From a virus (Duplodnaviria; Caudoviricetes): a stretch of 31,813 nucleotides of DNA. A program made the position numbers and the translations under genes. Positions within the stretch are counted from its first letter, which is position 1, and every line of letters begins with the position of its first letter. The notes beneath the pieces are model-generated. The model was not told the origin of the DNA and did no database searches. It saw only the letters and a program-made list of their open reading frames with translations. The DNA lies in IMG/VR virus record IMGVR_UViG_3300038679_000376, positions 1 to 31,813 of that record. One strand, written 5' to 3'. Below are positions 25,384 to 31,813 of this stretch, piece by piece.

Positions 25384-26355
25384 TCAGCCCTCCAAGAATT
25401 CGGCGCCAGCCAGCAAGTTATTTCGCAACCGTTCAGGAACCGGTGATGCCCGATTGTCATAAGCCCCATTCAAAACCTTCTCCATGTTCTTCGGGCCAAT
25501 CAGCCAATTGAGGTTGGCTACGAAGTCCTTAACCCGCCCGGTTAAGAAGTCAGAAAGATTGACCCGCCTGAAATACCTTTCCCACCACTCAATTTCCTGC
25601 CGTTCCCGCTTTTCCCGCCATCTTGCAGCCAATACTTTCCGGCTCGCATCATTCCAGGATTCAACTCTTGGCAAAGAAGGGCAGCATGAATGATACGTGT
25701 CAATGATCGTTTGATGCGGACAGGGTTTCGGATTTTTATTTTCGTCAAGGATCACATCTTCGTTTTCTGGTATTCCACTTTCCAGATTTCCATCTTCGGT
25801 TTTTTCGCCTGTTGAAACGCTTTCCCCCGGTGAGGGGGACGAGTCCCCGCTAGGGGACGATATATTCCTTTCCCTTTCCTTTTCCTTTTCCCTTTCCTTT
25901 TCCTGGACATTGGTGAACAACTGGTCATTCCCTGACGCTTCACGGTTTTTCCCCACTGCTTCACCAGTGCTGCCCGCTTGCTTCACCATTGATTCATTGA
26001 TTGCACTGTTCGGAAGTGGAAACCTTTCGCCTTCTTGTGTAGCTTCTTTTCCAGATAATCGTTGATGCTTACTAAAAGATGGGATCTGTCCATATTCCTT
26101 TCCATCAACGCTGTACCTTAAAACATACTTAGCCCTTTCAAGAATTCCCAATGTTACGAGCATATCGAACGGTAAAAAAGGAAGGATATCTAATTTCAAC
26201 TGCCTTGGGCGCCACTCAAAAACCCCGTTCCTGTCGCATTGAAGCCAAAGCCCTTGGAATACAAACATCGGATATGCCCCAGGATTTTCTATTTCCAAAT
26301 CCTGTAGCCCCTCATGCCGGAAAAACTCAGGTTTCACAGTCCGAATACGACCCAT
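25384..26355 (-). CDS. Phage replication initiator protein
   Basis: Start at ATG 26355 (TAAGGA RBS). N-terminal MGRIRTVKPEFF..GLWLQCDRNG, low-complexity EKEREKEKE linker, and C-terminal ANLNWLIGPKNMEKVLNGAYD. Confidence 0.88.
   Translation of the reverse strand: MGRIRTVKPEFFRHEGLQDLEIENPGAYPMFVFQGLWLQCDRNGVFEWRPRQLKLDILPFLPFDMLVTLGILERAKYVLRYSVDGKEYGQIPSFSKHQRLSGKEATQEGERFPLPNSAINESMVKQAGSTGEAVGKNREASGNDQLFTNVQEKEREKEKERERNISSPSGDSSPSPGESVSTGEKTEDGNLESGIPENEDVILDENKNPKPCPHQTIIDTYHSCCPSLPRVESWNDASRKVLAARWREKRERQEIEWWERYFRRVNLSDFLTGRVKDFVANLNWLIGPKNMEKVLNGAYDNRASPVPERLRNNLLAGAEFLEG
25865..25992. repeat. Iteron-like repeats and a strand-biased purine tract inside the initiator gene (candidate origin)
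   Basis: GCTTCAC at 25937, 25958 and 25980 (21 and 22 bp apart). Related inverted copy cattggtgaaca at about 25908. Adjacent ttcctt/ttccct tract at about 25865-25904. Confidence 0.55.
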
Positions 26356-26378
26356 ATTTTTTTCCTTATTTTGAAAAC

Positions 26379-26506
26379 AGCCGGTTTCGCGCCTTTCTGG
26401 GGAAACATGACGGTGGACACTCCCCAAAACACCGCTGCCCGCCCCCTTGTGAGGCTTGTTCAAATCGGCCCAACCGGCTAACTACGGGGCCTTGGAGGCG
26501 CGGGCA
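26379..26506 (-). ncRNA. Candidate structured RNA in the leader of the replication initiator
   Basis: Stems TGCCCGC/GCGGGCA, AGCCGGTT/AACCGGCT and TTTTGGGGAG/TTCCCCAGAA within a 150-nt GC-rich intergenic region. No family recognised. Confidence 0.4.
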
Positions 26507-27091
26507 CTATGATATTTGAATAACTTTCCAGCAATCCGGCACATCCTTTATAGTATGGCAAGTATTTACGATAAACTGCGTGTTTTCCGGACAGTTTTCT
26601 GCCAGCTTTTCGAGCAATATCTTTAAGTTATTATTGTCCAGTTCCCCAGCTTCAACAATCAGCATGCCGCCTGAAATATCTTCCGGCAGCAACGCACACG
26701 ACAGGGCCATGTCAAAAGCAACCTTTTGTCCCCCTGACAGCCCTTCATATGGCACAACCACATTTCCGTTATTCCAGCCGATGAATACGCTGTTATCATC
26801 CCTGATATCGATTACCGCCGCACCAGCCGGCAAAAACCGCGTAGCAGCCCTCTCAACCTTTTTTGTCCCAACCTTGACAGATTCCGCCTTTTCTCCGGAC
26901 AACTCCGCGATTTCCTCTTTCAAGCCCGTAACCTCAAGGCTCAAAACTGATATGTTTTTCATCGCCTCATTAATCAGCTTGTCCAGCGCCATGATGCTAT
27001 TGTGCCGCTCGATCAACTCCCGGATTTCACGCAGTTCGTATTCGAATTTTTCCTGATACACTTCAGCTTCATTCAAAGTATTTTTGTTCAT
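26507..27091 (-). CDS. C-terminal half of an SMC/Rad50-like ABC ATPase (signature, Walker B, H-loop)
   Basis: Coiled coil followed by GLSGGQKVAFDMAL, MLIVEAGELD and QFIVNTCH. Own RBS (GGGGGTG) and TGATG overlap with the upstream gene. Confidence 0.82.
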   Translation of the reverse strand: MNKNTLNEAEVYQEKFEYELREIRELIERHNSIMALDKLINEAMKNISVLSLEVTGLKEEIAELSGEKAESVKVGTKKVERAATRFLPAGAAVIDIRDDNSVFIGWNNGNVVVPYEGLSGGQKVAFDMALSCALLPEDISGGMLIVEAGELDNNNLKILLEKLAENCPENTQFIVNTCHTIKDVPDCWKVIQIS

Positions 27092-28098
27092 CACGCCACC
27101 CCCAAGCTGCTCATGTTTTTAATTTCCCGCTTTATGACCATCAGCGCCGCGCACATTTCGCCGCATCCGGATCTTTTGACCGATTCCAGGATGATTTTTA
27201 ACGAATCGACCACCGCCTTTCTGGATACGGTTTCCGGAGATTCGATAACATCAACACTCGCCGCCTCTTTCCGTGTACATTCAGCCGTGTAATTTACACC
27301 CGCCTTTTCCTGGGCCTCCCTGCTTTTCCTCAAAAGCTCTAAATATCTTTCATCAGGAACAAACTTATCGTTGTCCTCTTTCAATTCCTGCGTTTCAGCA
27401 TCAACCAGTAATTCAGCCTTGCCGGCCGATTTTTCCTGCTCTTTCATTTCCTCGATCCGCCCCTTGATGCACCGAAGTTCAGCCTGGATAAATTCGAGAT
27501 CTCCCTGGCAAGCTTCAAGAGTTTTCTTGGGAACCGGCAACGTTGCCCGCTGCGTTTTTAACAGCGCATGATTTCTTTCAGCATCGCCCAGCGCGCGCCG
27601 TTTCTCGTTCAGATCTTCCCGCGCCTGATCCAGCTTCCGCGCAACCTTTTCAAGTCCAGGTGATGGCGGATATTTGTCAAAAAGCGCTTCAATTTTTTTT
27701 CGATCCGATACTCCCATGAAAGATGACAAATCACCGATTGCATGAATCCCAGCGCGCGCCATTTCAACGTCAAAAGCCTTCGCCGTTGCTTTCCTGCCCC
27801 GTATTGCAAAATCAAGCGCCACGGCTCCATCCGTCCCCTTCTTGAAACGCTTCAGGAAATACACCCGGTTGATTTCCGCCTCGACTTCCACAAAATCAGA
27901 TCCGGATTCAGCGACCGCCTGAAAGATCGACTGGTTTGTCTTCCCGATCCCAGGAATAAACCCGTTGACAACCAGCTGCAGCGCCTGGGATATCGCCGTT
28001 TTTCCTGAACCGTTTTCGCCCAGGAACAGATTCAGCCTATCCAGGTCATGAATGAAATTCCCGCTTTTAAAATGTTTCCCCTTGATCTTCGTTATCAT
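27091..28098 (-). CDS. N-terminal half of an SMC/Rad50-like ABC ATPase (Walker A plus coiled coil)
   Basis: Start at ATG 28098. MITKIKGKHFKS..LNLFLGENGSGKTAISQALQL, coiled coil, and C-terminal GCGEMC. No signature or Walker B in this ORF. Confidence 0.85.
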   Translation of the reverse strand: MITKIKGKHFKSGNFIHDLDRLNLFLGENGSGKTAISQALQLVVNGFIPGIGKTNQSIFQAVAESGSDFVEVEAEINRVYFLKRFKKGTDGAVALDFAIRGRKATAKAFDVEMARAGIHAIGDLSSFMGVSDRKKIEALFDKYPPSPGLEKVARKLDQAREDLNEKRRALGDAERNHALLKTQRATLPVPKKTLEACQGDLEFIQAELRCIKGRIEEMKEQEKSAGKAELLVDAETQELKEDNDKFVPDERYLELLRKSREAQEKAGVNYTAECTRKEAASVDVIESPETVSRKAVVDSLKIILESVKRSGCGEMCAALMVIKREIKNMSSLGVA

Positions 28099-28114
28099 GA
28101 TGGCCCCCCATGAA

Positions 28115-28152
28115 ATACGCGGCCCCCGGGGGAAACCCAGGAGCCAGCGCAA
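28115..28152 (-). terminator. Intergenic hairpin, possible weak terminator
   Basis: GGCTCCTGGG-TTTCC-CCCGGGGGCC stem, extendable by TGCGC/GCGTA, followed by a short TTTC. Confidence 0.4.
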
Positions 28153-28154
28153 GG

Positions 28155-29294
28155 TTAAAATTTTTCATCAAGAATGCGATTCATCCGAACCAGCAACCAC
28201 TTAGCATCTTCGGCGGATATCTCCATTCCTTCCGTGATCCCTCTTTCCCTCTTGGCCTGGGCCGCTTCCTGCGGGAAACCTTTCGCAGCTACCATATACT
28301 TTTTAATAACCGCCGCTTCTTCCGGCGATAATTCTTCAGGTTCAGGCTGGGTCTTCTTCTGCTTTGGCAGGTCCGGCTGGGTGACCAGTCCAGCCGGTTC
28401 TTCCTTCGTGGATTCTTTGGCGGGAGCCTCGCTTTTACTCGAGGCCGTTTTTTTGGAAAGCTCTTTTTCGGGCTCAGCTTCAGCCTTAGTGACCGGCGGA
28501 AACAATTCTTCGCCACTTGCCCGCCCTTCCTTCAAGGCCGTTGCCATTCCACGCAAATCAACGATATCATCAGGTGTCCACTGATCAACAGGGCGCTTCC
28601 GTTCCGCCTCGATCCGATCCGCCGAAACACCGTACTGACTGAAAAACTCAATTACCTTTTGCCTGGCAAGATGTATATTTTCCTTTTTCGCCTTGTTCAA
28701 TTCCGCTTCGGTCGCAACCTCTATGGCCTTTTCAATCAGCCATTCCGGCATCGCTTTTACAACCGCATTACGGATCGCCTTTGACTGCCCGATCTGGAAA
28801 ATGATATCTTCCTGCCGGTCTTTATCTTTCATCCCCGTTCCCTGGTTCTTCCGCTGCCTGAACAACCGGGGGCAAGTGAAGCCAGATTCCAGATCAATGA
28901 ACAGCCCCTTCATCATGTAATGACTCGAGGTTTCCGTCGCCTCAACATCCACAACGCAGTTGCCATAATGCCGACAAAGCGCCATCGCCATATCGATTGA
29001 CGGCCCCTCGACAACTCCCTTGGATCCGTCTTTGTTCTTTGTTGTCCATCGATAATAAAACGACTTCCCTGCCAGCCGCGCTTCTTCCAGTACATTGTTC
29101 GCAATCTTCGCAATCGACCGGGGCTGCTGTACCGTGACCGCCGTGGTATAAGCCGTTTTCGTCTGCTGCATCGCGCCGCCGGACAAGATCACTTGTTCCG
29201 TTACATCCCGGCCCGAAGCCTTCACCGGTAGCCCGGAAAAGGGCTGAATTCCTTCCAATACTTCCGCTTCAAGTGTTTCAATTTCGCTTTTCAT
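28155..29294 (-). CDS. Probable ssDNA-annealing/recombination protein
   Basis: 379 aa. N-terminal domain QPRS..FYYRW..VEGPSIDMAMALCRHYGN..FIDLESG..GQSKAIRNAVVKAMP, then a P/E/K-rich linker. Follows the exonuclease as in Red-like pairs. Function inferred. Confidence 0.55.
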   Translation of the reverse strand: MKSEIETLEAEVLEGIQPFSGLPVKASGRDVTEQVILSGGAMQQTKTAYTTAVTVQQPRSIAKIANNVLEEARLAGKSFYYRWTTKNKDGSKGVVEGPSIDMAMALCRHYGNCVVDVEATETSSHYMMKGLFIDLESGFTCPRLFRQRKNQGTGMKDKDRQEDIIFQIGQSKAIRNAVVKAMPEWLIEKAIEVATEAELNKAKKENIHLARQKVIEFFSQYGVSADRIEAERKRPVDQWTPDDIVDLRGMATALKEGRASGEELFPPVTKAEAEPEKELSKKTASSKSEAPAKESTKEEPAGLVTQPDLPKQKKTQPEPEELSPEEAAVIKKYMVAAKGFPQEAAQAKRERGITEGMEISAEDAKWLLVRMNRILDEKF

Positions 29295-29350
29295 GATTCC
29301 CCCTTTTCTTGTCTTTTAATATTTCCATGCCGTGCCATACCTCGCCATGA

Positions 29351-30142
29351 TTAAACCCACTTCTTTTGTTGTCCGTTCCCCACAAACTCGCATGTTTGAA
29401 AGTACGGACACCACTTTTCCGAACACCACCACGCGCCGGGCTCAGCCGGAAGAAACACCCCTGCTTGAACCGTCATCCAGAAGCGCCGCACCGTCAAAAG
29501 CATCGCGCGGTAATCCTGAATCGTTGGATTTACATCCAGCGTTTGAAGATCATTCTTTTTGTTGCAGATTAGAATTTGATACCGGAACACCGGGCGGGTA
29601 CCGGTTTTTTTTTCGAAAACGTAGGAATATAGCTTCGCTTGAATCTCTTTTTCAGGACGCCCCGCGGGCCACGGTTTCCCCGCTGTTTTCAGATCACCTA
29701 CCGCCGCCGCTTCTTCAAAATCCATTATGCCGCCCAGCGGCACCGTCAACCCGATATCCAGGGTGAATCGTTCCTCGACCCTGATCGGCTGAATTCCCGG
29801 GGCGACCCTTTCCGCATAAAGACCTGTCAGCTTGATTGCTTCGTTCAGCCCAGCGTTAAGGATTGAATCCTTGTAAGGCACATCATCTGGAGCCAGATAA
29901 ACCCCTTCCTGAAGTTGTTTGACATAACCATCGCGCGCCGCGTCTTTCAGGTCGTCCAGGGGAAGGTCAACCCCTGTCACAACCTTTTGCCGAAGATTCA
30001 CTTTACTTGCCGCGTGTACGCCCTGCCCTCGCGCCGCCTCGACTCCCGAAGGGCTTCGCTCCCCTTCGATATACCGGCGCCGGAACCGTTCCCCACATTT
30101 AAGGGCCGTTCCGATCATGGATTGATGTATTGATTCAATCAT
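29351..30142 (-). CDS. PD-(D/E)XK (RecB/Cas4/AddB-like) exonuclease with a probable Fe-S cluster
   Basis: Start at ATG 30142. LKCGERFRRRYI, RGQGVH, VEERF, GIMD, GDLKT, QAKLYS and C-terminal CSEKWCPYFQTC (1+3 Cys). Confidence 0.88.
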   Translation of the reverse strand: MIESIHQSMIGTALKCGERFRRRYIEGERSPSGVEAARGQGVHAASKVNLRQKVVTGVDLPLDDLKDAARDGYVKQLQEGVYLAPDDVPYKDSILNAGLNEAIKLTGLYAERVAPGIQPIRVEERFTLDIGLTVPLGGIMDFEEAAAVGDLKTAGKPWPAGRPEKEIQAKLYSYVFEKKTGTRPVFRYQILICNKKNDLQTLDVNPTIQDYRAMLLTVRRFWMTVQAGVFLPAEPGAWWCSEKWCPYFQTCEFVGNGQQKKWV

Positions 30143-30473
30143 CAATTCCACCCATATTCTCGCGCGTCATCGTCACCGACCGCCCGCCGCTTAAAAACTC
30201 CACGGATTCAACCCCCGGATCATCGAACAGCCCACGCTGTTTTTCATCTACCGAAAACTTGCAGCCATCCGTGATCTTTTCCTTCACGAATGAAACCTGT
30301 ACCGTTGTTTCAACTCCGTTCTTCCCTTCCGCACCCAGCTTCACCGCAATATTGATTCCCAATGTGCCGAGCCGTTCATATGCTTCAGCGATTTCAAACA
30401 TATTTTTACGCAAAAGGCTTTTTGTCGCATCCGTGATACCGCCTATGACTTTGTGTCCAACTGATCCCCCCAT
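30135..30473 (-). CDS. Hypothetical protein
   Basis: 112 aa with a purine-rich RBS; overlaps the nuclease start. Confidence 0.7.
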   Translation of the reverse strand: MGGSVGHKVIGGITDATKSLLRKNMFEIAEAYERLGTLGINIAVKLGAEGKNGVETTVQVSFVKEKITDGCKFSVDEKQRGLFDDPGVESVEFLSGGRSVTMTRENMGGIDD

Positions 30474-30488
30474 TTTCTTCCTTCCCTT

Positions 30489-30596
30489 TTAAAATAGATT
30501 GAGTTTCGATAATACTTCGGACCAAATCCGCCAAACCACATAAACCAGGGCAGCCCCAGGAACCACAATAGCCAGCAAATATCCCAGATTGAACAT
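30489..30596 (-). CDS. Small hydrophobic peptide (35 aa, one TM helix)
   Basis: Not in the ORF track. MFNLGYLLAIVVPGAALVYVVWRIWSEVLSKLNLF with a GGGGAGGGG RBS. Confidence 0.6.
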   Translation of the reverse strand: MFNLGYLLAIVVPGAALVYVVWRIWSEVLSKLNLF

Positions 30597-30614
30597 ATGC
30601 GTCCCCTCCCCTCT

Positions 30615-30704
30615 TTAGAAGCAGAACACCATACAAATTAGCCCCCAGCCAGCAATCAGGGAACCAACAGCCGCCGCCGTTAAAATCAAGCATTCCTTGA
30701 ACAT
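30615..30704 (-). CDS. Small hydrophobic peptide (29 aa, one TM helix)
   Basis: Not in the ORF track. MFKECLILTAAAVGSLIAGWGLICMVFCF with a TAAGGGGG RBS. Confidence 0.55.
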   Translation of the reverse strand: MFKECLILTAAAVGSLIAGWGLICMVFCF

Positions 30705-30728
30705 GCCGCCCCCTTAAAAATTGTTTTT

Positions 30729-30947
30729 TTAATCTTTTTCTACCTGGAATTGCTTCAGGACAATGTTGTAAAAATCATCCCGAATACTGGATGAACTCTT
30801 GTAAAAAACTGAAACCACCTTGTCCCTCACCGCATGGGAGATAAATTTTGACCGTGAATAATCGAATTCACGCGCTGCAATATCAATCAGCGACACTAAA
30901 TCACTCGGCAATGATACCGTTATTGTTTCAGTCGTTTCCTTCTTCAT
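30729..30947 (-). CDS. Ribbon-helix-helix (CopG/NikR-like) regulator
   Basis: TITVSLPSDLVSLIDIAAREFDYSRSKFISHAV; ATGA overlap with the upstream gene. Confidence 0.82.
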   Translation of the reverse strand: MKKETTETITVSLPSDLVSLIDIAAREFDYSRSKFISHAVRDKVVSVFYKSSSSIRDDFYNIVLKQFQVEKD

Positions 30948-31138
30948 TTTCTCCCAGCCCTCCGCGCCTTATCTCTCACCAGCGCGTCAAACGCTTTAAC
31001 GGCATCAATCTTCTTTCTATGAACCTTCCGGACAGGCTTCATCGCCTTCACCGCATCATCAACTTGAACCAGGATGGTCATAGCCTGGTTCAAAAGCGCT
31101 TCGAGCTGATAAATTCTGTTCAATTCTTCAGTGCGCAT
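30944..31138 (-). CDS. Hypothetical 64-aa basic helical protein
   Basis: Start moved to ATG 31138 (GGGAG RBS). MRTEELNRIYQLEALL..., ATGA-coupled to the downstream RHH gene. Confidence 0.6.
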   Translation of the reverse strand: MRTEELNRIYQLEALLNQAMTILVQVDDAVKAMKPVRKVHRKKIDAVKAFDALVRDKARRAGRK

Positions 31139-31329
31139 TCTGTAGATTTCTCCCGCGATAATTCTTCGGGCGCCTGGTCTGGATTTGTTGTTTGATTTTG
31201 TCGGACATAATTGATAATCGCAGTTTTGATGATATTGGAAACAGATACCCCCTGTTGTGTCGCCATGAATACCAGGTCCTCCCGGAGGGATGCTGGTATG
31301 CGGAAAGATATTTTGGGATAGTTGATCAT
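31120..31329 (-). CDS. Ribbon-helix-helix (Arc/CopG-like) regulator
   Basis: KISFRIPASLREDLVFMATQQGVSVSNIIKTAI. Confidence 0.8.
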   Translation of the reverse strand: MINYPKISFRIPASLREDLVFMATQQGVSVSNIIKTAIINYVRQNQTTNPDQAPEELSREKSTECALKN

Positions 31330-31490
31330 TTATTATTAAGCCCGTCCTTATGAGCAGCATAAAGGTCAATTAATCCACGAATGATTTCGGGAAGGAGGTT
31401 GTAAGGAAACATGAAAATAAAAATTGCTGTTCCCGAGATAAGAATTCCAGTTGCGAATAAATCCATTGCTAAGAATATTCTCTTTTTCAT
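31326..31490 (-). CDS. Small membrane peptide (54 aa)
   Basis: Not in the ORF track. MKKRIFLAMDLFATGILISGTAIFIFMFPYNLLPEIIRGLIDLYAAHKDGLNNK; its stop forms an ATGA overlap with the RHH gene. Confidence 0.55.
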   Translation of the reverse strand: MKKRIFLAMDLFATGILISGTAIFIFMFPYNLLPEIIRGLIDLYAAHKDGLNNK

Positions 31491-31522
31491 TATCAATATC
31501 CCGTCGTTCCAAGGAGGTTTTC

Positions 31523-31813
31523 ATGACAATTGTGGCTGATATTTGGAATATGATTGAAAGTAACAAAAAATGGCAAACCCTGAAGGAGACAGTTGGACGG
31601 ATACCGGAATTGGAAGCCCGAATCGAGGCTCTTGAGAAACGACTTTCCGGAGGCGCAGCGGAATATTTTTGCGATTATTGCGGAAGCGCAAACCTTAAAC
31701 GTACAGGAAGCAGACCAGATCCAATATTCGAAGACCTTGGAATCAAACAACACCTTTTCCTTTGTGGAGATTGCGGAAAAGAAAGTGCTTTCCAAGAGAA
31801 AAGAAGGCGTTAG
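31523..31813 (+). CDS. Small coiled-coil plus zinc-ribbon protein
   Basis: Strong AAGGAGGT RBS before ATG 31523. IPELEARIEALEKRL coil, then CDYC..CGDC. Confidence 0.8.
   Translation: MTIVADIWNMIESNKKWQTLKETVGRIPELEARIEALEKRLSGGAAEYFCDYCGSANLKRTGSRPDPIFEDLGIKQHLFLCGDCGKESAFQEKRRR

Larger units (their letters stand above)
1..31813 (-). mobile_element. Lambda-like siphovirus prophage/phage genome segment (early, recombination, replication, packaging, head and tail modules; ends not in window)
   Basis: Co-oriented, tightly packed gene series with GpA-type terminase, lambda-type portal, capsid, tail tube, tape measure, RusA and replication initiator. No tail sheath seen. No integrase or att site in window. 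Confidence 0.96.

Noticed and set aside
26379-26506. Canonical HDV-like ribozyme or tRNA
   Set aside because: P3/L3 length and first nucleotide do not fit the HDV pattern, and there is no TTCRA T-loop or tRNA arm spacing; kept only as an unnamed structured RNA.
29316-29348. 10-codon ORF MARYGTAWKY between the nuclease and annealase genes
   Set aside because: Too short to support, with no clear RBS.
29351-30142. Cas4-like nuclease as a sign of a CRISPR system
   Set aside because: No repeat-spacer array or other cas genes; solo PD-(D/E)XK nucleases are common in phage recombination modules.
30406-30693. 95-aa Cys/Gly-rich minus-strand ORF from the track
   Set aside because: No good RBS and it overlaps the next gene by 68 nt; the region is better explained by two small peptides with strong RBSs in other frames.
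31493-31795. 100-aa minus-strand ORF, open to the window edge
   Set aside because: Fully antisense to the better-supported zinc-ribbon gene and has no recognisable motif; cannot be fully excluded without flanking sequence.

Overview
The window is most of the genome of a lambda-like long-tailed (siphovirus-type) temperate phage or prophage. Nearly all genes are on the minus strand. Read in the direction of transcription (right to left), the order is: (1) small early genes, including two ribbon-helix-helix regulators and three unannotated small hydrophobic peptides; (2) a recombination module with a PD-(D/E)XK Cas4/AddB-like nuclease, a probable ssDNA-annealing protein and an SMC/Rad50-like ABC ATPase split over two genes; (3) a replication initiator with internal iteron-like repeats, a helicase-loader-like protein and RusA; (4) a lambda-type cos-like site; (5) a translationally coupled cassette of ParB-phosphoribosyltransferase fusion, SLOG protein, second ParB and GREB1/TAGT-like glycosyltransferase, running straight into terS and then terL; (6) head genes (gpW, lambda-type portal, protease-capsid fusion, DUF2190); (7) tail genes (tube, chaperone with a -1 frameshift, tape measure, GC-rich tail-tip module, fibre, glycosidase-like protein); (8) a secreted FN3-like protein and a holin-like protein. 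No integrase, CI-type repressor, endolysin, tRNA or CRISPR array is visible. The best candidate for an undescribed system is the ParB-PRTase/SLOG/ParB/glycosyltransferase cassette between cos and terminase, a possible packaging-coupled DNA-modification system. The split SMC ATPase and a structured intergenic RNA upstream of the initiator come next. All family assignments come from motif recognition by eye and gene context; no searches were run.
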